A stretch of 61,101 nt of DNA from Gracilinanus agilis (lineage: Eukaryota), in the NCBI RefSeq assembly GCF_016433145.1, contig NC_058130.1, forward strand, positions 735,068,404 to 735,129,504, written 5' to 3'. The notes below the pieces were generated by a model. The model did no database searches. It saw only the letters and a program-made list of their open reading frames with translations, and had not been told where the DNA came from. This document shows, piece after piece, positions 33,022 to 45,460 of this stretch (positions are counted from its first letter, which is position 1; every line of letters starts with the position of its first letter). A program made the position numbers and the translations under genes.

Positions 33022-35012
33022 CTACAGAGGGGGAGAGAAGGTTAGGTGAGAGGAGCCTGATGGGGTAGTGATCATTTTAACAATAAATTAAACCCAATAA
33101 ACATGTTTTAAGTGCCTATAACATGTAAAGCACTGCATTGACAAGGGAAGATGACTAAATCTTAAGAGTTGGAAAGGGTCCGGAAGCTCCCCATATCCAG
33201 TCCCTACCAATGCAGGATTCTCACCCTTCAGGGAGGTGATCATCATCTGGCCTCTAGTCAACCATCTCCAGTGATCGGGCACACCTTGATTCTATAGGAG
33301 GCAAGCCCCCCACTCTATTGCTAGATGGCACTGACCTGGGGAAATCTGTCTCTTGGCAATTTTGTCAGGTTCTACTTCTGGGACTCTCCCAAGACCACAA
33401 AGAACAAGCCTAATTCCTCCTCCCCATGAGGTCCCTTCAGATAATTATAGACAGTTATCACAATCCCCTAAACCTTCAATTAAGTCTAACGTAGGTCTAA
33501 TCCATGGAGTTCTAAATGCCTGTGGCTCCTCTGCATTTGTGGTTCAGAACTGACAGAGAGGATGACTCAGGAGAGAGTCTGGCAGTTTTTGGTCATAAGT
33601 AGTCTTGAAGGTAAGAACAGACCATTAGATTGCCACAAGGCAACTGTGAGTAGGAACACAAAGACAAAATCTAAGAAGTCCTGCTCATCCAACTGCTGGT
33701 AGTACAGCAAGGAGCTTGAGAAGCTGTGCAAGATCAAACTGAACAAGATTTCCATTCCACTTTCTCAAAAATATTCTCAGTCTGGCACTTAAGGCCCTCC
33801 CTATGCTGGCTGCTACCCAACCCTCCAACCTTATCTGTCACTGCTCTCCCACTGACCCTTTCACTCTCGACAAACAGAGGAAGCTCACTGATCCCTAACC
33901 ATGCCTGAAACATTTCTACCCCCTAACACGACTTCGATGAATCCTTTCTTCACCAGCTCTCTTTATGTTGTCCCTCCCTCCCCCAATCTTTCCCTCCACC
34001 TCTTCCCTACTCCACTCTGCTTATCTAAATCCATCCCACTCTTTGGGGCCCAGTTTAACCAAAATTTCTTTGGAGCCCTTCCAGAAGCTCTTCATCTGTG
34101 TGACTCACTGGGCTTTAAGCCTATATCACATATAGGATTTGCCTTTGTGTCTATGTTCTATCTCTCCAAATAAATTATCAGTCCCTTGAATAATGAAGAA
34201 TTATCCTTCTATGTGTCTCTATGTGTCCCCTGCACCTACATGCAGTAGGTTGATATCTGTCGATGGTGGTAATGATATGGAAGTGGTCATACAGAAAAGG
34301 GTCCTATGGCCTTGCTTCATTGCATCAATGAGATAACAATAACAGCTCACATTTCTATAGCACTTTATGGTTATAAAGCACTTTATAATTTACCGATGTT
34401 CAGAGAAAGGAAGTGACTTGCCCAAGGTCTCACACCTAGGTAAGCAACAGAGCTGGGACTCAAAGCCAGGTCTCTCCTGACTCCAAGTTAAAGGTTCTTT
34501 CCACTATACTGAGCTGTCTCTCCCTGAGACAGAGAGGAGGAGATAGGAGGACACTGTAGACAAATCAGAGCTGAGATCACAAATGTCAAGTCATTAAAAC
34601 CTGCTAAACACTGAAAGTTGCCCAAGGTATCACACTGGTCTAGAATGGCCTAAAAAGTTCAATATGGCAAAAGACTTGTAGAAGAATCTTGGTCCTTGCC
34701 ACCTGACAGGTAAGATTTTGGAACATGCCTGGATTTAGACATCCCTTAGCCAAACTATGATACATCATATATAGATTCATTATTAGAGGATGATACCAAG
34801 GGCATATAGGTGTTGGTTCTGAGTGAATGACTTTGAATGATTAGACACTTCATTTCCTTCAGGGGAGGAAAGGATGTATGTGTGTGTATATGCATGTGTG
34901 CCTTTCTGTGTCCATGCATGTGTCCATGTATGTACACTTGAGCATCTGCTGGCCAACTTGCCAGAAGGAAGCAGGGGGGTGGGGGAAAAGGAGGTGTCAG
35001 TTTCCTCCTTAC

Positions 35013-35076
35013 CTCAAATGGTTGTCTGTTCTGATCCGTGGGAGCTGTAGCAGAGTTGGAACTATTTTCAGTATTT
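35013..35076 (-). CDS. RNF126: RNF126 exon 3
   Basis: (R)NTENSSNSATAPTDQNRQPFE. 64 nt, ctcctcag acceptor and GTAAGG donor. Confidence 0.93.
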
Positions 35077-37301
35077 CTGAGGAGAACAATATCACATGTT
35101 AGAGGAAATTATGAAAATACCACGTCAGAGCAAACTGAATCTCTCTTTCCTTTCCTCCCTTCCCCACATTTTGTAGCAGGAGCTGTGGGATGATGGGAAT
35201 CTTACCCAATACTAGCCCCACACAAGCATCTCCTACCACTTTGAACACTAGAATTATTTTTCCTTCTTTGGCCTGGACACAACTATTGTGATCTTTTTTG
35301 CCTGCTTTCTTATTCTTCCATAGTCTTCTCTCTCGGTTTTGTTTAATTCTTTGTTGCCTATGTATTTACTTAGCTAAATTTGACAGAATTAGAACTGAAA
35401 GGGATCTGAGGGGACCTAGTCCAATTAATACACTGAAGATCACAAATCTTTTCTATAATACCCTTAAGAAGAGGTCATCCAGACTCGGCCTAAATATGTC
35501 CAGTGATGGAAATAGTCATTCTCTCATAAAAAAAAGCCTAGTTAGTTGAGAAGTCAGCTCTAATTGCTAGAACCTATTATATAGAGCTGAAATGGCCTCC
35601 CATGATTCTGTTGCTCTTTCCTGCCTCCCCCCAACCTCAGGCAGAATCTGCTTTCTCTTCTATATGATGGTCCTTTAGCTAAGTGAAGATGGCAATCATG
35701 TCCTCCCACATTATCCACTTAAGGCAATGTCATTTCAATAAAAAACAAATGGTCAGCCTCACAAGCAATGCTACATTTAACTACCCCAAGTGTTCAAGTC
35801 CACTTAAAAGAATAAGGCCTTGCACCCATAAAGTTAGCCTTGGGAGAAGGTTGAAAAACACTTGGTGCTTAAGGAACCCCCCCCAAATTACTGAGGACTA
35901 CTGAGAAAGCCAAATAAAATGCACTCCATTTTTGGTTAGGGATCCATCTTTATCTAAGGTGACGGGGAGTTACATCTTTTACCAGATATACCCAGACAAC
36001 CAACCTCATACACATAAGCACCTTTGAACCTCACTGCTACTTCTTAAAGCTAAGGCCAAATTCAGAGGTCTGTGGCAATGTATGTGCCTCTCTCAGTTCT
36101 GTCTGCTAATTCCCCCTTACTCATTTCTGAGGGGCAGCTTCTTACTCTTATTTACTCTTATCTATTTAAGTCCAATCTTCTCGGTGCCAGATGAAGAAAT
36201 TCAGGCTAAGAAAGTAGAAATGATTTGCACAAGGTCATACAACAAGGTAATGGCAGAATTGAGTTTAGGGTGCTAGACCTCCAACTCCCAGGCTTTTAAA
36301 GCTCTGTCTCCATTACCAAGCTGCCCCCACCTCTTGTCAGGATTGTGTGCTCTAGAAAGGTCAGGCTCTGCCTGGCTGCAAGGCCCTGATCCCTGATCTG
36401 CACTACTTCCCCTAGGCTCCTTACAAGTGCAAAGGGTCCTCATGTCAGGCCACAGTTCTGGTGGAGCTGGCACATGGCCTCTTCCAAGGGGAAGGGGGCC
36501 CAGAGGTGAGTTTTCATACACTTTTCTACACATAGCACAAAATGTATCCAATTTTCTTGGTAAGTTACACCTAGACTTAAATGGGCACTTTAGGGATGAC
36601 TGGTCTATTAACTGAATTTGTTTCATTAAGAGACAAATTCAAAGAGGAAATCTGACCAAGTCTATCTTAATTCACTCATTTTGAAGAACAAGTTGGCTGT
36701 GCTGGCAGTCAAGTCAAACACCATCACACAATGTCAGAAGCCAATGTGATCTGAGGAGTCATCTAGTCCAGTTTTATTTCCAGAGTGGGAATTCTCTTTA
36801 TAGCATACCTGGGAAGGGTATTTAGTGTCTGTCTGAAAAAAAGCCAGGCTCTGGGGTAGGCAGAGGGGGAAGAGAAGAAAAAAGCTGCTGCCTCCTTCTA
36901 GAGAGGGTCCGTCTCCTTGTTGGACAGCTCTATTTGTTAGCTCTTCCTCTTTGTTATTAAGCCTAATCTGCCTTCCCTCAACAACTCCTTTCCTCTAGAG
37001 CTCCCTCTACATGTAACATGTTTTATAGCCTGATTCTTAATACTAAATATGAAGGTGATCTGGGATTAATAGGCAAATGCTAAGTTTGGGAATTAAAGAA
37101 GCTATTGGTTTTGTGAACCTAGAGATTCTAGGCCCTCTTCAGAACTTGATGAGAGACCAGTAGGTCAGCTTCGGTTTCTAAGGCCAGAGGAAAGACATTA
37201 GAGCATCCTTAGCCTGAAAGCAGGACTATTTTTTCTTCTTTGTGAAAGGCTGTGAAAGAGAACCACCAAGTGGAAACCTTGACAAAGGGGAAGATAATGA
37301 C

Positions 37302-37360
37302 CTGGTCTCTTCTGGAAGCTCTTCAATAAAACCAGACTCACACCTTGGGCAGATATAATC
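37302..37360 (-). CDS. RNF126: RNF126 exon 2 (second half of the N-terminal C4 zinc finger)
   Basis: DYICPRCESGFIEELPEET(R). 59 nt, ttttctag acceptor and a weak GTCATT donor. Confidence 0.94.
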
Positions 37361-38237
37361 CTAGAAAAGAAGAGACACAGAAAGGTCAATGGCAAAGATA
37401 ACAGTCAATATTAATGGAATCAACCGTTTCAGTTAACTTGAGTTGCCCTTTGTCTTCCCTTACCTAAGGCTTACAGAGGATCTGACATTCTGTTATGACA
37501 GATGATGGGCTGAATGGCTTTCAAGAAAGCTAGAGGATACACCTCAGAAGTCCGAAGAAGGCAAAGTCACTAAATCTGAGTACACATCTAGTCCAACCTT
37601 ACACGAAGGAAATCTCCCAGAATATATCCAATAAATGGTCACCTAACCTTTGCATGAAGGCCTTCAAGGAGGATGATACCATCCCCTCTAGAAGTAGCCC
37701 ATTCTATTTTGGATAGCTCTGGTACCAAGTTTTTCCCAATTATCTAGCCTAAAATGGCTTCTTTGCAACTTCTTCCCATTATTCCCATTTCTTCCCCTGG
37801 GGCCAACAAGTCTATTCTTTCCCCTGCTACCTGATATTTCCTTCAAATACTCTCTGAGAAAACTTGCTCAGGCTACATATGTCCACCTCCTTCACCTGAT
37901 TCTTATGATCTGGACTGAAAGCCCATCTTGACTTGTCTCCTCTGGACACTGCAGCTTATTAAGGTCCTTTTGGATCCTTGGCCGACAATTTACTAGAATG
38001 ATTTCTTTCATGAAAACATGTGAGATTGCCAGCCATTCCTGATCTTCAAGTCAGCACAAATGGGTTCAAGTTCTGGTCACTGTGTGACACTGGGCAAGTA
38101 TTTAAACCTCTCTGTGCCTCAGTTTCCTTACTCATAAACTAGTAAAAACAAGCTACTATCCTGCTGCTTCAAAGGTGTACTATAGTGACTAAAGGAATCA
38201 ATGGTTGTGAAAGCATTGTGTTAAGTATGAAGTTGTT

Positions 38238-38244
<7 letters not shown>

Positions 38245-38269
<25 letters not shown>
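38245..38269. repeat. (AC)n microsatellite
   Basis: acacacacacacacacacacacaca flanked by (AT)n. Confidence 0.9.
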
Positions 38270-38275
<6 letters not shown>

Positions 38276-38574
38276 TATATATCCTTCTGTGTTTTAGAAA
38301 TGCAAGGCATTTTCTAAAAAAAAAAAAAAATTGTACACAAATTTTTGAAAATCTAAAACCTATAAGATCTCACCTAAATTCAAATCCTGTAAGTTCAATA
38401 AGTGAGAGGCAGGATGTAGAATTCAATGTCTAATTTTTTTGACCAGTTTTGTTGATTCCCTCCCCCTTGTTATTTTACTTAAAAATATCTTTGTAGAAGA
38501 ATACTTATAAAAATATTAACTGCCCAGATTAAAGAGGAACTAAAATATCTAAATAAGTCTATAAAAAAAAAAAC

Positions 38575-38768
38575 ACACCTTACCTTTTATCTTAGAATCG
38601 ATACTATATTTTGGTTCCAAGGCAGAGGAGTGGCAAGGGCTAGGCAATTGGAGTTAAGTAACTTGCCCAGCTAAGGTCACAAAGTTAGGAAGTCTCTGAG
38701 GCCAGATTTGAACCCAGGACCTCCCATCTCTGGGCCTGGCTCAATCCACTGAGCTACCTAGCTGCCCC
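38575..38768 (-). mobile_element. SINE1_Mdo-like SINE
   Basis: caccttaccttttatcttagaatc ... gagctacctagctgcccc. Confidence 0.88.
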
Positions 38769-38795
38769 TAAGCCTATTTAAAAAAGAAAGAAAGA

Positions 38796-38940
38796 GGGGC
38801 AGCTGGGTAGCTCAGTGGATTGAGCCAGGCCCAGAGATGGGAGGTCCTGGGTTCAAATCTGGCCTCAGACACTTTCCCAGCCACTCTTCTGCCTTGGAGC
38901 CAATATACGGTGTTGACTCCCAAGACAGAAGGTAAGGGTT
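38796..38940 (+). mobile_element. SINE1_Mdo-like SINE with internal deletion and TSD
   Basis: ggggcagctgggtagc ... gacagaaggtaagggttt, flanked on both sides by aaaaagaaagaaaga. Confidence 0.88.
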
Positions 38941-40450
38941 TAAAAAAGAAAGAAAGAAATCGAATAGGTCATAAATGAGCTTCCTAAGAAAAAAGCATCA
39001 GGGTCATCTGGGTTTACAGGTGAATTCTACCAAACATTTAAAGATCAACTAATCCCAATATTAAATAAGTTATCTGAAATAAAGGCAAAAAAGGAGTTCT
39101 ATCAAATTCCTTTTATGAAACAAATATAGTGCTTATACCTAAATCAGAAAGAGCAAAACCAAAGAAATTACATGCCAATTTCACTCATTAATATTGATGC
39201 AAGAATCCTAATTTAAATACTAGCTAGGAAAATACAACAATATATCACAAAAATTATACCAGGAATGCTTTGATCATATCAATAACAAAAGTAACAAAAA
39301 TCATCAGATTATATCAAGAGGCAGAAAATGCTTGACAAAATACAAAACTTACTCCTAGTAAAAACATTTGGAAGCATAGGTATGGGTGAATTTTTCCTTA
39401 AAATAAAAGGAAGTATTTACCTAAAACCATCAGCAAGATCATCTATTATGGGATAAGTTAGAATCCTTAAAAAAAAAAAAAAATCAGGCCTGAAACAAGA
39501 ATGCCTACTATCACCAATATTATTCAATACTGTACTTGAAATGCTAGCAATAGCAATAAGAAAAAGAAATTGAAAGAATCAGAATGGGCAATGAAGAAAT
39601 AAGACTATCTCTTTTTGCAGATGAAACAGCAGTATAGTTTTAAATCTTAAGCGATTCAACTACAAAGTTAGTTGAAAAAATATTTTTTGCCAAGTATCAC
39701 TATATAAATCATCAGCATTTCTATATATCACTAACCAATGAAGTCTTACAAGAAAAAAAAAAGGATAGTAAGAGATAGTTCACTTAAAATAACTGTAGAA
39801 AATATAAAATACTTGGGAGTACATTTGCCAAGAGAAACACAGGAACTATATGAATAAAAGCATAAAACACTTTTTATACAAATAAAGTAATATATAAACA
39901 ACTGGAGAAATTTTAAACATTCATTGGTGGACCAAGCCAATATTATAAAAATGACAAACTATTCAAATTACCTAACCTACAAAGTCGGTGTGATAGGAAA
40001 TTCCAAAAAATTATTTTGTTGAGTTAGAAAAAAATAATAACAAAATTCATTTAGAAGAACAAAAGGTAAAAAATATCAAAGGAATTAAGGGGTTGGGGAG
40101 AATAAAGGAAGGCAGTCTAGTAGTACCAGATCTTAAACTGCCTTATATGACAGAATTAACAAAACTATCAGATACTGGCTAAGAAATAGAATGGTGGATC
40201 AGTGGAATAGAGTAGATATATAATACATAGTAGTAAATGATTATAGTAACTTGTATTTGATAAATATAAAAATTTAAGCTTTAGAAATATTTGGGGATAA
40301 GAATTCACTATTTGGTAAAAATTGTTGGGAAAACTGGAAAGCAATTTTGTATAAAGTAGGCAAACATAGGCATCTTACACAATTTACTAAGATAAGGTGA
40401 AAATGGATACATGACCTGAACATAAAAAGATATAAAAAATAAATTAGAAG

Positions 40451-40640
40451 AGGGGGCAGCTGGGTAGCTCAGTGGTTTGAGAGCCAGGCCTAGAGATGGG
40501 AGGTCCTAGGTTCAAATCTGGCCTCAGACACTTCCTAGCTGTGTGACCCTGGGCAAGTCACTTGACCCCCATTGCCTACCCTTACCACTCTCTTCCACCT
40601 ATAAGTCAACACACAGAAGTTAAGGGTTTAAAATTAAAAA
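40451..40640 (+). mobile_element. SINE1_Mdo-like SINE (ctcttccacctataagtc subfamily) inside L1
   Basis: Full body, near-TSD aaataaattagaaga / aaataaatcagaaga. Confidence 0.85.
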
Positions 40641-43600
40641 AACAAACAAACAAACAAATAAATAAATCAGAAGAACATAGAACATATTATCTATCATATT
40701 TACTGACAGAAAAATCTATGAATAAACAAGCGAGGCAGAATACTGTGAGATATAAAATGGATAATTTTTATTACATTAAATTTAAAAGGCTCTATAAAAA
40801 TAATACTAATGTAGCCAAAATTAGAAGGGAAGTAGAAAATTGGGAAAAGATTTTTGTAGATAGTTTCTTGGATAAAGGTCTCATATCTCAAATATATATA
40901 GAAAACTTTGTCAAACTTAAAAGAATATGAATCTTTCACCAATTGATAAATGGTCAAAGAATATGACTACATAGTTTTGGGATGAAGAAACCAAACCTAT
41001 ATATAATCATATAAAAATTATCTAAGTCATTATTGATTTGAGAAATAAAGATTAAAACAACTTCGAGATACCATCTTATACCTAACAAATTGGTAAAAAT
41101 GATAGAAAGGAAAAATTACAAATGTTGTAGGGGATGTGGAAAAATTGAGACATGAATTACTCTTTTGGTAGAACTGTGAACTGATCCAACCATTTTGGAG
41201 AACAATCTGGAATCATACCCAAAGAGTTATCAAAATATATATATAAAAACATACATAAACACACACACATACCCTATGGCTCAACAATGCCACTATTAGG
41301 TCTGTTTCCCAAGGTTATCAGGGAAAAAGGAAAAGAACCCTTGTGCTCTAAAATATTTATAGTAGCAACCTTCATGGTGGCAAAGAACTGGAAATTGAGG
41401 GGACACATCAATTGGGAATGACTGAATAAGCAATGGCATATGATTATGATGGAATATCACTGTGCTATTAGAAACAATGAACAGGCTGAAAACAATGAGA
41501 TTTGCATGAAATAATGAAGAGTGAAACGTACAGAATTAAGTGAATGTTGTGTACAATAATAGCAATATTTTTTGAAGAGTAACTGTGAATTACTAAACTA
41601 TTCTGAGTTACATGAATATTCAAATCAACTACAAAGGCCCTAAGAAGAAAGATGTTATCCTTCTCCAAAGAAAGAACTGACATGCATGTAGTTTATGGTT
41701 TAACATTATGTATTTGTTTCAAATACTGGCTTTTTTCTGGTGTGGGGTTGGGAGGGGTCAGCTTGGAACTCAAACATAACAAAAAAATTAAAATATCAAA
41801 AAATATATTTGTTTTATGATATGTATGAATCTCTGGGAGGGGAAAGATATAGTAGGAAAGGTGACATAGAAACAAAAGTATCAACAAATAGTATTTAAAA
41901 AAATAAGTCAGAGGCAACATGGCATAGAGTATAAAGAAAGAACCAGTCCTGGAATCAAGAAGAGTGAGGCTTCAAAGAAGCTGAATAAATGCTGAATTAA
42001 TGGAAAGAAAACACCACCAACTACTTGGATAGGCAGTGGAGGTATGACTATCTCATCTGACAGAGAAGCAAACTCAGGATTGGGAAGATTAAAGAAGCCT
42101 CCTAAACTTCTGGATGAATCAGGATTCCTAATTATGAAATCATGAAGTGAGTTATAAACTCTAAAGGCACATAAGAGTCCCTTACCAAATGTTTACTGAA
42201 TAAAGCACTAGGTAAACATATTCTTGAAAAAAGTAAAACATGACTATTAAGAACACCTAATCAAATCCATTCACTTAAATACGCACACAACTCGCAGGTT
42301 TGGGGCCTATATCTGAAAGGCACTAGGGAAACATGACTTTAAAGCCATTTACTTAAACAATGTCCCCACAAGGGCTATAATTTGCAAATAAACTGCCAAT
42401 TTGCACTAAAGGAGTTCTCCACATCAATGAAATCAAAAAGTTCTGACCAGTTTCACCAACTACAATCCAAGGGAGCTCAATTTTTGATCCAAGAAAACCA
42501 AGAAAAAACAAAACAACTAAGTAGTCTAGAAGCCCAGGGGCCAGGGATGGCCCAGAAAAGATATTGCTAAATAGAACTTAAAGCTTCTTCCTTCCAATGC
42601 AGCAAGCACCAAGGGGAGCCACTCAATGGACCTGAAACCAGCAGAACAAGCTCCTACCCTTACTAGTGGTGTGACCTTAAATTTTCCCAACTGTAAAAAT
42701 AGGGCTTCTAATGCCTGCTTGGTTTCTTTCATAAGATTGTCTCAAGGACCAAATGAGAAAATGGATTTAAAGCATTCTGTGACTACAAAGAACTCTATTA
42801 ACATAAGGTATTATTATTAGGAGTCTGAGAAAAAACAGATACAAAGAAGTTTACAACCCACAATCACACAATTTTATCTTGACAAGTTTTGGACTTGGAG
42901 AGTTTTACGTGAACTCAAGCACTCTACAAACTGCAAAGCACTCCATTTTGTTGTTATGATTCCTATGGAGTGGTCCTTCTAGTCCACATACTTGACTGGT
43001 GCAAAGGAATGTTAACAGAAGACATGGCCCTTCAAATTCAGACTGGGTATAGATGTGTTCTTTGCATTACAGGACCAAAATGCTTCCAAAATACACAGCT
43101 GCACAAGCTAGTTCCCTTAAGATGCTAATTTGGCAGTTCTAATGCTCAAATCTCCAAAGTCAGGGGGTTTACACAATAGACTGTAGCCAGACCAGATGAG
43201 GCTTTCGAATGATTGAGATTAAGTTTTATGTCTTTCTGTCCCATACATTCCTTGAAATTGCTATTAAAACTACCTACTCCAGCAAAATTCTGAAGTGCGA
43301 ACCAGATTATTGATCGAAAGAGTGTCAGTAAGAAATTTTTAAAAAGTGACTTACTTCCTGCATCCTGAACCTTTGAAATGCACAAAAGTCAACCAAAATC
43401 AATAGGAAAGGTCAACAGCAAAGCCAGCAACAGCATTGGCAAACAAACTCAGACTTCTAAGCAGGACCAAAAAACCAGAGGCACATGTAGTCTATAGGGC
43501 TCTATTGGCAACAAAAATGGAAGGCTCCTAAAAAGACTCAGAAAAATCAGAAAGCCCCAGGATATAGTAGTGATCAGAGAGGCAAGGAAGTGTTCAGAAT

Positions 43601-44508
43601 GGAACAGACAGCCCAGGTTCTAAGGTCTCTAAGGATCCTGAAGAGCCAACAATCTGAACCTCAAAAGATCTAGGAGGCCTGAATCCTGGGAAGCTGAGGT
43701 CAGCACAAGAACTCAGAGTAAGACCAAGCAGGGTCACACCAAAAGTACAATAGAGGATGGAGCCAAGTCCTTGCAACAAAGGCTCAATTCAGAAACTAAA
43801 GATAAAGAGATAGTAAATCAAAAATACATGAACAACATTGTTGATTTAACCATCCCCCAAAAGGAGTAAATAACTATAAAAACTTGCAAGCAGTGACTCA
43901 AAGGATTTTCTTCAAGGTCTACATGACTACCTAGAAGAAATGAAGCAATTAAAAATAAATAAATAAAAGCTCTGGAAAAAAGATTTGGAAGGAAAATAAA
44001 GAGCTTAGAATAGAAATTTCTTACACAAGTAATAGTCTCAAATCAGGCAGAACCAAAAATGGTAGAGAAGGCCCTTCCTGACCTATCCCAAATTATCCTC
44101 CCCACATCTTTGATATAATGCCTCAAAACAAATTCTAATATAGAGCAACAAAACCCACAAAAAGATGAGGCAAAACAAAATTTCAGCCCAAGACAACCTA
44201 GAAGGTTTGTGAAAAGCCTATTACACTGGAGAGGGAGTGGAAGATGGGGAGGACTAGGGCAAGTGAGCACAGGACTTGGGGGTGACAGTGGCAACACTTT
44301 CTGCAGCTCTAAAGACAACTGGTCAGAAGATTATAGGGTCCTTTTGCTGGCTATGGGTACAGGACTCTATTGCAGTGCTCATAAAGAGATCCAGGTCACA
44401 GTCCCAGGGCAAGGAGCATTAGCACACTAGTGCTTGCAACCACCAATGGGGAACAGGGGACCTTGGTCACAATGTCAGAGCAGAAAACAGTGCTTATGGT
44501 TCCCTATA

Positions 44509-44703
44509 GAGTGATTCCCAAAGTGGGCGCCACCGCCCCCTGGTGGGTGCTGCAGTGATCCAGGAGAGCAGTGATGGCCACACTTTTTTTTTGGTATTAC
44601 ATTCTATTCTGAGTTCAATAAATAGTTTCATAATTTCCAGGGGGCACTAAGTAATATTTTTTCTGAAAGGGGGTGGTAGGCCAAAAAAGTTTGGGAACCA
44701 CTG
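44509..44703 (-). mobile_element. hAT/Charlie-type MITE, copy 2
   Basis: (g)agtgattcccaaa ... tttgggaaccactg, followed by ctctagac (Charlie target NTCTAGAN). Both ends match copy 1 in reverse orientation. Confidence 0.8.
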
Positions 44704-45009
44704 CTCTAGACCAAAGCACAGGCCAGCAGAATGTTAAATATGCCTCTCATTAGATCATACCACCTTGAAAGAACACAAGTGACAGACTCTTTAAAAAGAG
44801 AACAAACATAAGTCAACTCTATGAGAAAGTAAGAAATATTAGATAAAAAATAAATTCAAAAGACTGAAAATCTATTAGAAGAAAACAAGATATTTGATAT
44901 AAAAATGACAAGGAAAAACAGATCATGAAGTAATAATTTAAGAATTAATAATTTCCTTAAAATCATGATTTTAAAAAATCCAGTTGATAATATTAAATGA
45001 TATATAATT

Positions 45010-45460
45010 GGGGCCTTGTATATCCTCAGAAGATAAGTTTCAAGACTACCATGGACAGCTGAAACTGTGAATATAATCGAACACCTGTTACTAACCAGGA
45101 GTAAATGAATCAGATTATTACCAAATCAGTCATAAGGGGTTACAACTGCACAGAAGTACCACTACTCTAGCACTTTTGGTGCCAATTATTACAGTAAATA
45201 GGGGCTTTCTTAAACACAAGCACTGTGATCACTATAGGCAGCCTGGAGGAAAGTTTTGCATAGAAGTGTGGGTATGGGGACAAAGAGAGATGAGTCATGT
45301 ACTGGCTAGTGGACTTTCTCATGTTACATCCTGTACTTGCTTAGCAGGCAGTTTGGGACTTATAAACCTTTATTTTTTCTAGAATTTTCCCAAAATTTTC
45401 AATTTTTTCCCCTATGGCTAACTACAGGTAACTAAACTGGCAAATATGGGGGCTACAATG
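45010..45460. mobile_element. Tigger/MER2-like non-autonomous element
   Basis: gataagtttcaagactaccatggacagctgaaactgtgaat ... gtaactaaactggcaaatatgggggctacaatg resembles Tigger-type termini. Confidence 0.3.

Larger units (their letters stand above)
38520..41880 (+). mobile_element. Degenerate L1 (ORF2 RT to C-terminus and 3' UTR), antisense in RNF126 intron 1, interrupted by SINEs
   Basis: Remnants of [23 protein letters not shown] (~38990-39060), QECLLSPILFNTVLEML (~39495-39550) and LFADE (~39610), followed by an A-rich ORF2 tail. Many stops. Confidence 0.85.
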
